DNA from: Podarcis melisellensis
Taxonomy: Eukaryota
DNA length: 64,000 nucleotides
Assembly: GCA_964234715.1 (NCBI GenBank)
Contig: OZ174280.1
Strand: one strand, 5' to 3'
Shown here: positions 37,401 to 49,400 of the stretch, piece after piece
How positions within the stretch are numbered: the stretch's first letter is position 1
How the letters are laid out: each line of letters starts with the position of its first letter
Translations under genes and position numbers: made by a program
The notes under the pieces: model-generated
What the model was told of the DNA's origin: nothing
What the model saw: the letters and a program-made list of their open reading frames with translations, nothing else
Database searches by the model: none

Positions 37401-40400
37401 ATTGTCTGCTTGCATAATGTCTGTGTGTGTCCTGGCCCAGACTCTGTAGCGCTAACCACAAACCCCTCTGATCCAGGGCATGGAAAACTGCCATATTCAA
37501 GTGAGAACCTGTCCAAAGAACATATGAAAAGCTATTCACTGATTTGGAAGCAGGGCAGTGGCCCTTCCCTTGGCTCTCCAAAGCTCATTCTTCTGACAAA
37601 ACACTCATCAACCAATCCTTTTGATACTCTAGCTACCTGTACCAGCACAAACTAACCTCAACTGGGACATAAATATACTCCTAGAACTTCTCTCATCATC
37701 AGCCCAACAACAAGAATTGTGACTGACTCTGGCGCCCCACTGCGACAAATGGGGTCCTAGGTGCCATCTCCAGAAGCCATATTATGGAGCCTGGTGCATT
37801 ACCAATAAGTGCTTTGTTCTCTCTTCTTCTTGGAAATCTTTTGAAGAGACAACTGATGGAAAGAGATAATCCAAATCTTGCTACAATCCCAAGATGTGGA
37901 ACTGGTACTAGATGCTCAGCAGGGTATTAGTGTTCATTCTTTCATTTTTCTAATTTGAAAAGATAATAGGGGAGTAAGACTTATTCTATATTCATCTCAA
38001 TAAATTCATCAGACTTTAACTTTTTGCATGGAAACTAGATGATTAAATGACATCCACCACCACCACCCATAAATAGCACTATCTGTATCCAGACTTGCTT
38101 TTTGGTTCAGTCACAGTGTGAGTGCTGCAGTCTTGTTAAACAAGCAAAGTGGAACCAGGTTTCATGAAATCCAGAGGGAAAAACCTCTTCTCTTGACAGT
38201 GTTACACATAACTTGGATAATTGCCTTTTAAAATCAGAGGATATCCTTGGATCTGTCATGAACTGGACTCAGGAGAATAGTTCCTCAAAGAGAACTTCTT
38301 TTCAATTCAAAGCCTTGGAAATAAAAAAGTGGGCCTTTCTGCCTCAAAAGTGAATAGAAAGACAGATTTGTTCTACACTAGAGAGAGTTTCACTGACTTT
38401 GGGAGTAGAATCTCTATCTTAGAAGCACCAATGGGCCTCTTGTATGTATTCCCACCTCTACTGATCCTAGGCAAGGTGCTTTGTAATATTGTAAGAGACT
38501 TGGGTGATCTCAGTCTCCTTGTATTTATCTCATGGATTGTGGATTCACAACTTATGGGAGTGGATTCACAACCTACTGTGTTCCAAAACCCAGTAGCTTA
38601 TCCACATCTGTACATTCTGAATCTGAACACTTGATGCCCTAAGCCAGGAGCATACAAGGTCTTCGGGTATTTGATGTGGTATTCACTAAGACAGTCCACT
38701 AATAGAATTTATGAAGCTAGCTGGAGGACATTTGTGTCAAAACCCTATTAAGGGTTGGCCCAATACAATTTGGCACCTGAGGCAAACCACAAAGCGCTGC
38801 CCACCACCACCACCCCGCCAGGGAAGAAGGGGTAAGTGAAGATCCACAACAGGAACAAGAAAGTAATAAAGATTTACATCAGGATCCGTTGCCTCTGTGG
38901 ATCCTGCCACCTGAGATGGTCATCTAACCTTGCCACATAGGTGGGCCGATCCTAGCCCTAGTCCCCCACATCCTAGATTTTCTACAAGATGGGATATAAA
39001 GGCCTTCTGCCAAATACTCTGAAGAGGTAAAGGTGGTAACCTTGAAGAGTGTTATCTACAACAGCCAACCACAGAGAATATTTGGTGTTTCTATAGATTT
39101 TGGAGTGACACATAAGAAAAATTGGAGAAACAACTACTGGAAAAGGAAAAAAATATAGGAGGACAGGCAAACAGGTAGCAGGCAGACACAAGACTTATTT
39201 GGTGGGAGGGCCTGACTTAATGGGGCATAAGCTCTGCAGGCCTGATCTAAAACCATATGAGGCAAACTAAGGTCATTAATTAGGATAGGTATGAACAGCA
39301 GAACAGATAAATCAGAAACAAAAAAATAAGGTCTAAACATCAAGATATACAAAGTGAAAAGGGAAAAAAAGGAGAATGCTTGTTCTGAAGGACAAGAAAA
39401 ATAATTTAAAATTTGCAGCAGGACTAGGGCTACAACCACATCATACCTCTTATATATTACAAACCACTACAAATCTGTGAAAGGTGAACTTGGGATGAGC
39501 ATAAATAAATGCATAAACATGAACTGTTGGTTTTTTCTGCTGTAGGATAAACCTATCTTCCCTTGACTTGACTCTTCAAGTGACAGATCTTTTGCTGATG
39601 TCCTCTTTGCTGCTCTTTCCCTGCTTCAGGTACCCTTTCCACCTTTAATATCCCTTCAACTGTCTTGTCCATTTATACACTTAGACATTTGTTCTGTGCC
39701 TTATTATTTTACTATTGTTCATTATTATTTGTATACCCATTTTTTAAATTTGAAAATCTGCTGGGATGTGGCTTTTTAATTTTACATTGCACACAGCATT
39801 CTGCACAGCTGGCTTCTGTTGGAAAATAGCAGAGACAATTTATGCAAAGCTTGAGCCTCATGGAATATTGCATGTATGACTAAAATAGGATGGGTACAGT
39901 TTCACAGTGCAATCCTATACATGCCTACTCAGAAGGAATTCCCAGAGTTCAATAGGTTTATTCCCAGATAGATGTTTATAGGATTGCAGCTCAAACCACA
40001 CTAATTATGCACATATGTATGCATCCTTCATTAACTGAATATTCACACAAGGGATCGTGAGAAATAAAAACTTAAAGTCCAGTAAAAGAGAAATAAAACA
40101 GCTATCTTTAACAAAAGAAATCATCAACCAATATTGTTCCTAAGAAATGTACTACTTAGGAAATTCAGTGTGATAAAATATCATGTAAGTTATTGCTGTA
40201 GTGTGGTGTTTTGCTTTAAGATCCTTGATCTAAACAAATCAATAATGTCATGAATATTAGGTTTTAAAGCTACACACTGAAGACTGCTTATTTGTTGTCC
40301 ACGACAATAATGCGTTAAATGTGATTTTTTTAAAGAATAACTTATGTTTGTCTTATTTGCAACTGCATGGGTTTATCCTGATTCAGAGACCCACGTTTTG

Positions 40401-43400
40401 ACTGCATTTGTGAACATGTTGATCTAGATGACATAGCAATATAAAGAATAAATCTTATCCTTGACTGCGTGCGTCAAGGCGTCAACTGTAATTTTGGCAG
40501 ATTATGCCCACATCTCTACTCACTGGGAAATCTCCTCAAAAGCAAAAACCCCAACAACTAGAAGCTGCCTGATCTGAAGCAGGATACTAGTCCAGATAGC
40601 CTTGGAAGTGAGCCAGGTTGAAAGTGAGGCTTCATCATGGACAGCTTATGTTTTGGTTTAATCCATGACTATTCCCATCAGCAACAAATTCAATAATGCA
40701 ACTAAACAGAGAGTAAGTGGACAGCTGTGTCCCCTCCAGATCCATGTGGAGATCTGATTCCTTGACAGGCCTGAAACAGTGAAGAAAGGATGGGGAAGGC
40801 TAATATGCACCCACCCCCCTCTCACACTCCCTCCCTTATGGCAGTGGCAGCCGCAGCCGAATCTGATTTCTTGCAGCGTCCTCAACACAGTGCTGCACGC
40901 ACATGCCTTGGGCCACCTTCAAAGTGTTGAGGGGCGGATTAGCTGGATTAGGGAGGCTGTGAAAGGAGCCATGCTGCTCGGGAGGAAGTCTCGCTGGGGG
41001 CGTGCTAAAAGAGCCATTTTTACCTGTCCCGGCTGCTCTGAAAGGCCTGCCAGCCGCTAGCTGGCCTATGGCTGTCAAAACACGTCCAACCAGGATCCTG
41101 TTCACCATGGAAAAACAGCTAGCTCCATCAAGACAAGCAAGGGAGCCCAAGCACCCCATTAAACTGACACCCTGGGGCTAAACATTGCTGAGGGCCGAGG
41201 TAGGGGGAGATGTGCAGCGCCATGTCCCTTGGTGCTTGTTCTCTAACAAACCTAGTCTGACAAAGACAGAGACGCCAGGCTGCTTTCTAAATAAACAAGG
41301 CAGAGGGGGTGGAGGTGGCTGGCAGGCTGGATGGGGGAGCTGGCTTTAAGGAGAGCACTGAAAGGCCCGTTTGAGGCCTACTCTCCATTCCCCAGGCCTG
41401 GCCTGGCCTTTTGTTTATCCCAGACCTAAATTAATGTCTTTATTTACCAGAAATCCGAAGGGCTCAGGTTCCCAGTGTGGAGGGGGCGGGTGAGGGAGAG
41501 GAACGGCATGAAGGAGCCTTGGCCAAAGACGAGGGGAGAGCCCGACCCCCGAAAAAGGGGGCTAAAAGAGATTCAGTTGGGAGCCATTCACCGCTAAGAC
41601 TCCTGTCAGCATTGACATAAATTTCCACTGGTGTTGGCATTTACGCATTTGGCATTTCCATATGTATAGAGTTGCCTGGACTAATTATGCTAATCATCCC
41701 CTCTGTTGGCCGCTGTGAAAAATGCCCACATTAAGCACTCCACTGCCTGCTAATGTGACTTAATGTGCGGTTGAAACATACATTCATCCCCCTCTGAATG
41801 GCGAAATTTTTCCACATTGCTGCCTTCATTCAGGCAAGAAATGAATTTTTTGAACTCAGACCACTTTTCCAAGCCAGGGGGGATGGATCAGAGAATAACA
41901 CTCTCTCCTTCTCTCTCCACTTTCTGTTCCCCACTCACAGCTCTTGCTAATAAAATAAAAAATAAAATCTCTAGGGCTGGGTCAGACACCCTTCTTCACA
42001 TATCATTTAAAAATGGAATCTCCATATGTACAACCAGATCAGCGAGGTGGGGAGACCCCATCTTTATCTAGAAGCATCCGTCCTCTCACTCTTCTCTTGT
42101 CCACCCCCCCCCTCAACAAAAGGAGCTCTTTCCTCCCCCAACCCTTCAATTCTTTGGGAAACTGAAACAGCCTGAGTGGCAACTCTAGCAAGTTTGAGCT
42201 AGTCTGAGAAAAGAAAGATCCTTTCAAAGCCGGCCATGGTCACAGTAGAAGATGCCTCTTAGAGCAAATGTCAAAGCAGAGGCAGAAAACAAAGCAGATT
42301 TAGAGGATAATGGCCAACGCTCTCCCACTCTTTCTCTCTCTTTTAGAGGATAGAGAGGCTGAAGGGTATCCTCAAATACACTATTTTTAAAATAGTAGTT
42401 ACAACACTTTCTATTCTGCAGGTATTATTTACTACTTGCATGTGCAATCACATGTGCAACCCTCACAGCAGTTATTAGCAATCACAATAAATACTATGAA
42501 GCATATGAGAATTGTTCAATGATTTTTTTCTTCTTCAAGTGTGGTTATAAACAACTGCATTTAGTTAACTCCAGTGTTACTTTGCTACTGGCATTTACTA
42601 CCAATGGAAATTGGTAATGACTTGGTGACTAAGAAAAAGAACAAAACTAATGGCATTTCCCTCTTTGTTGGACTTTATCCTAGTTTGTCATCATCGTTCC
42701 TACCTGCACTGATAGTAGCATTTTTCCACTGTGGCCCAGAGACAATTGCTTTTTCATTTGTGTGGTGTTGTTTTTAAAACTTATCTATGGATTCTGCCCA
42801 GCTTAAAACCTCTTTTCTTTATTGTGCCAAAGTTTATGTGTTGAATCCTGTCAAAAGCCGGCCAAAGAAAAGACAAGAGAAGGGGCAAGGTGACTATGGA
42901 AGAACCTAGGAAATAGGTTGGCTTAAGACTAGACTGATCATTACCTAAGACTTCCACAACAGGAGGTTTATTTAATATATAGCAAGTGTGGGAGAATCAT
43001 CACTTCTACAGAAGGAAGAGAAACACATAGAATATTAACCAAATCTAAACTATCAAAGGACATACCAGCAGGCATCTCTGTAAAAAAAACCCTACAGTTT
43101 CTTTCTTGGAAACAATGAGGAATTGTCTATAAAATTTTGGAGGGTATGAGGGAAAGATGCTGGGACACACTCCAAAAATAGTGCAGAAACTGTGTGCCCC
43201 TGTGGCAGCCTGATGGACTTCTTTATGGAGGAAATTAGATAGGCCTTAAGTTTATACCCAGACTCCCTGAATTACTTAGCTTCTCCTATCGTTGTTGGAT
43301 TCACATACTTCCCCTGCATCACAACATTCTGGAGTTTGCTTTTCCACTTTAAATAGTCCAGTTTACTTTCACACTGTCTATGTGAGATTATAAATTCTTT

Positions 43401-46400
43401 TTTGTAGATTCCTTAATTCTGCTGCCAGCCTCCTTTGCCTCTAAGGAATGCAAATGTCCAACAATATGGGAAGCACACTTGTTCACGTCACCCATCTCCC
43501 CCATGGCTCTCATCCTTCCTGAAGTTGTCCTCTCACTCTTATCAGCACCAAGGCCACTTCAGAGGCTTCTGCTAGCCACTAGGCCACCCACCTCTGCTGG
43601 CCACCCAAGAACATTACGTACATATATACACTGAAGCCCCCTTGGCCTCTGCACTCAGCTGCCTTGGGGGCTTGTTTATTTGCTCTTGTGAGCGAGGTAT
43701 GCAGGCCCCACATCCACAGTTTATTTATCTGTTCAGAAGGAGAGTTCAGAGTAGAAAAGCCTCATTGAATATATACTGGGCCTTCTAGTATTTCTCACAT
43801 GGCCTGCCTTCATGGGGTTCATCTCCAGTCTCAAACACCCTGAGGTCTGACCTGATTTAAAGGCTGCTTCACCTCTCCCATCTGCAGGAATATCAGGCTA
43901 AATTTGTAAAAGTGTCAGGCGTCAACTCTCTCAGAATAGATAGACTCAGAACCCCAGCACTCTTTAAAGGAACCATTCTTTGCTATCATTTCAAATGGGC
44001 AGTTTAGACATCTTTCACTGGGCATCAGATACAGATAAGCCAATGGTGCATGGTTGTTATACTGAGCTGAAGTCCCTAAATGAGGCTAGGTTCCCCAGTC
44101 ATTCTGAGCTAAATGCCCAGTTTGTGTACCCTACAAGCATCCAAACTACAGAATCTCCCTCCTTTACAAGTTACCTCTAGTCATATATATTTAGATGTTC
44201 ACTCCCTCAAAACACTACTGAGAACTGAGCTGCATCTGGCATCAAAGTATTCTTCCAGGTTATAAAGTAGAAATTCAATCACGCCACTCCACAAATTACA
44301 CTCCAGGAGTTGGCTTCACTAAATCCTGTGCTAATTAATTAATTCCTTCTTAAATATTGACATTATCCTATCCCAAGATATAGGCCAGTACAGTGAAATA
44401 ATTTCATTTTCTCCAGCATGAAGGCATCTTACAACACTTTATCCTGGAAAATGTCACTACTGTCCACTCTGGGTGTTCTGACTCATTCAAGATATAGAAA
44501 CACGTTCAAGGTCAATTTTGACTGCCAGCTCAGAACAGCAACTGGGCTCACCACCAAGTCTCTTGAACAGTACCTTCCAGATCTCTGCATACTGGCCTTA
44601 TCACCTCAGCATGCTGCCTGCAGTCTGTCCAGCAAGGGTGTCTATCCATTGCCCCAGCAGTAATCCATCAAACTCTTTCATTTCTTCCGAATCCTTGCAA
44701 GTTCCAGTATGGGTGGGCAAAAATCCTTCATCGGTTTTTCTTGCCTCCCCACACTCTCAGGAATTCAAAGATAAAAACATTTCCTCTGGCAGAACAGCCA
44801 TTCAGTAGCAGCAACCTTTAAAAAGGCCCTGCAGCCACATAGCTACACCAAAATGTTCTGGTTAAAGATTAAACCTGCCTTTCTTTGAGGTCACCCTTAG
44901 CCTATAAATCAACCATGACCTTTTGCCTCTCCAATGCTGGTTTGTTTTCAAGCCCCAAACTCTAGGGTTTAATACCCACTCAGCAGTCTTCCCCGGTCAT
45001 AACAATGCCAACAGGCAAGTACCTTTATAGAGGTTTACCTATAAGTGCTTACACTCAGTGCCTGTTGACATCAGCTCTTGGTATTTTCCCATCCACTGCA
45101 TTTTTTATTTTTTATTTTTAAGCTGTGAACCTCCCTGAGATCTACGGATGAAAGGCGGTATACAAATTTAATAGATAATAATAACTGGTTGAGATGACTG
45201 GTGTCAACACTGTTGTAGAATAGATCACACAGTGAGACACCTGATCCTTAGTCAAGGTGGGTAACCTTGCTGTTTTCAATTGAGCTTAATTCAAGGCTTT
45301 CAGCTGCTATTGCACAGAAGGGGACCCAGAAACTGGAGAGAAATGCACACTTGCCATATAAACTGTTGCATGGTGTAGATGTGGGATATATTTGTGCATT
45401 TTACACCAAATTGTTTACAGACTTCAACACTCCTCCTTTATCTCAACATTTCCAAAAATAAGATGCCAATTCTAACAAGACTTGGTGGATATTCATGGAA
45501 TAGATCTTTCTTAGTTCCTCACAGTCCTCTGAGGTCACTTTGTACATAGGAAACAAAGCCAATTTCTTAAACATGAGCATTTACAGTAAGAGTGGAATTA
45601 AGGAAAAGGCATACAGTATATGCCCAAACTGTGAGAGAGGAGCTCAGTTTTTCACTGCTAAAGCCAAATGCCAATACAAGGAACAAGCAGAGCCTGCTGT
45701 TAAGATGGACCTGAGACGACACACTGCCATCCCATCAATACCCAGCAGGTCCCTTGTCTCCTCTCCTCTCCTCATCTAAACTAAACAACAGTGTGAAGTC
45801 AGAGTGCATCTGTGGATACAACACAGTTCCATGGACAAAATCTACCAACCACATCATATAACCCCCAAATGGGATATCAGTAGGGCAAACAGCTCATTCA
45901 CCAATATCAAATTGTTTGATCTATTCCCACAGTGTTTCCATTTATCTGCCTCAGTAAAATTCAACACCGTTCATAAATAAGGGTCAAGTGGTTCAATTCA
46001 ATTTGGCAGTTCTTTAAACTCATGTATCTATACTCCTCCCTACTCTCTCTCTTGTGGACAACACACACCAAGAAAGAACTTTCTAAGGGCCAAACATACT
46101 GGTCACAGAAGCATATTCCTTCTTTTAAACATGTTTTCTCCTGCTATCTCTCATGTTGTTTGCTGCTGATGAGAGTTATATTCCCAAATATCTGGAGGTC
46201 ACCATGTTGGCAAAGGCTGATCCACAACAGCATTGCAAACGGAAGAGGTTGGTAGGAGGAGTAGTTTAGGGAGGACGATTGGGCTGGAAGGAGAGACAGC
46301 CATGGTTACACTAACGCCTAGAATGATACCCATCTGTTTTAAGGAATCAGATGTTCTGTTGTTTTCCACTATACACAAGGTCAGGGTGCTTCACCCTGCG

Positions 46401-49400
46401 CGCACACACTCTGGCCCACACACTCTGCATGACAGCTTCATGTTTTGAGCACAAATACACTCAACCATCTTTTCCAGGGTGATTGAAGTGTACCACAGTG
46501 CAAAAAGTGTGAGAAGCTACCACAGATATTTGTTCATAGAACAGTGGTGAGTATGGGGACTGCGACCTTCAAACAAGAGTCAATGGTCACTTCCTTCAAA
46601 TTATGTGTTTCTGGATTTGTCTAATTTAAGTTAGTGAAAAGCACCACTGGTAGAAAGAGCATCTATACTATACTATCATTATGCAAAGAAGCTTTCTCCA
46701 GAGGCATTTGTACAGGGCTATGAACAAATCAGATCAATCAATTGTGGCAAAGGGCATGGCATGAACAAAACTCAGTCATGGAGCAACTGCCATATTGCAG
46801 AATGGCTAGGCCTGTGGATAATTCGCAGTTAGATTCAGCTGGTTTTTCACTATCAATGCTGCATGTTGCTTGTCACGGATGCAAGGGAAGATAAGGAATT
46901 TCTGGTCTAGGAATCCAAATCTTGACAGCAAACCTTTTCTGATCCAAATGGCCCACAACAGAGGATAAGGGGGATGCAGTACAGTTCAAAGCACAGCTTC
47001 ACAGAAGTATCCTCAGAGCGCCATGGGGTTCCAATGAAAGGAGCCTGCGTCACAGCAAACAAGTAATCACAGCAACATTTTACACACTGGAACTATCCAC
47101 AACAGGAGATCTACAGCTGTGAACTTTTTCCACTTCTACTTGTATGCCAACTCTTCCCAGCCAGCTTTTTTGCCACACACCAAGCAGCCAACCGAAAGAC
47201 AATATTGCAAAGCCCCACTTGGCAAATGCCAGCCAGCTGAGAGGATAAACTGTGATTCAAGGAAATGCAAGTGATAAATCAGAATATCGCTTTTTTACAC
47301 TGTTTGTTGCAGTACCTAGTTCTAACATGCATAATTTAAAGTAAAATAGTATCACTGAGCATTTTTTAATCTCAAAATGAAGATATATCCAAATATAAAT
47401 TTGTAGCAAAACAAAACGTCCAACCAAAGAGCTCCACAAAGTATAGTGCTCTTTTCAGTGCAACATCCCCAAAACCTAGATCATGTGTGCCCTCTGCTTT
47501 ATGTAGCTTACAAGCCATCACTCCAACTATGGGACAGCCAACAGATTTTTTTCTTTTTTCTTTTAAAGCTGAGCAAATGTCAGCATCAAAAGCAATAAAT
47601 AAGTACAAGCCCAACCGTGCAGGTTCTCAGGGGATGTTCTTGATTTGGGCTGAGATGGGCTGGTTACAAAAAGGGGATTTCCCTTCTTTAAATGTTTAAC
47701 AGCTGCAGGTCTTGATGGATCTCCTTTTTGCTACAAGTCTCTGGAAGGCAGAAGCAAGGAGAGAAGGGGAGGGGGCAGAAGGCTAAGGTTGAGGCATTTT
47801 TCCCTTTCCAGTCCCCCTTCAGTGTGTGAAACAGGTGGGTAAACTTTACTGGCATTCATGTGAGTGTGGGTTTTATTTAAAAGGGAGTGGGAGGGTGGAA
47901 GAGTGAAGTTGCTTCTATTGTTGAACAAAATCCAAGAGTAGTTTAGGACCACACATGGAGCCGGGGTTGTGCAGGGGGAGGAGGTGTGGAACGCCAAAGA
48001 TCGCTGACAGTCATCACAGAGAAACATCTGCTCTTGGAAAGCTCCCAGGCTGCTTGCAATTTTTTTTGTTTAAAAAAAGAATAAAAATAAAATAAAAATC
48101 CTAGGGTGTGAAAACTCAGCGCAACCTGGTGTTGGAAAAGAGAGGAGACTGCAATAAGCAGGGGATGGAAAGCAAGGAGCAAACCCCAGGCACTGCCACA
48201 TGGATTGACGGCAGTGCCGAGAATGGAGGGGGCAGCATAGCATGCTGAACTTATTAATAACAAAGGCATCATTTTTATCAAATGTTTCCAGTAGGAAATT
48301 AGGATTTGCTCCTGGTGACCCCTTTTGCTTTCGGCTATTTGCATTCAACCCAATTCCATTCTCAGCTGGCAGGCAAGTGTAACCCAAGTTAAACTTCAAC
48401 TGACAGCTCTGCTGTAGACAGTAATTATCCTCTCCTTCAGCACCACCCTCAGAAAGGTAATTTAGGATTTTAATGTCAATAATGCAATGCAGCAAGCAGG
48501 GCCCGGTGGCAAGAAAAGCCATATTATCTGAGATGGGGGAAATAATTTAATTGCACTTGTCTATGTGGGGGCATGTATTTGCACCGATAGGGATCTGGAC
48601 TGCACACACGGCATGGCGAACACAGGCACACACATGCAGAGCAGCATAGGAAGGTTTATGCACACTCGCGCACACTCTTGCGGAACAAGTTCAAGGTAGA
48701 AATCTCTCTCTATAACACCACAACCACACCAAACCCTTTGGGTTACGGGAGAGGTCTGTCTCCCAATATTTCTGGTGTATAAATCATTGTTTCTCATAGA
48801 CTGAGACCAATATAACCAAACAAGATTGAATCCAAAAAAAGGGAAGAAAATTCCATGCCTGGACAGGAAATCAGTGAGGATCACCACAACACCTTTCTTT
48901 CTGGAAGGTGGTCTGAAGGTATAGGATGAGTGAGATTCTATTGCTGAAGCAAAACAGGTTAAGCACTGTATAGTGCTTGGATGGGAGACGGCCTGGAAAC
49001 CACATGTAAGGAAACCACTCTGAGCAAGTAAGAGGAAGAATGGGCTGCAAGGCAGGGTGTCATAAATGTGATACATCCCATTACTGAGACCTCCAAGAAC
49101 AGAACTGCCAGGTGCCTCTAAATCCAAACCATAATCGTTGGCACAATCTTCAATTATTCAAAAGCACTTAAGGCAACCCTACATTCTCCAGTTTTATACC
49201 ATGTCACCCCACAAGTCTACATGTAAATTTAGGGCATGGAAAGTGTCTGTCCCATCATTCAGTATTCACAAACAGTGCTCATTCCCATCATGGAGAATAG
49301 TATTTAACCAACATTCAAAAGAATTCTGATTTGGGCTCTAAAAATCAGAGAACTGGCTTAAAAACCACTGGCACAACCCACTGAAAACATTTCTGGAGGA

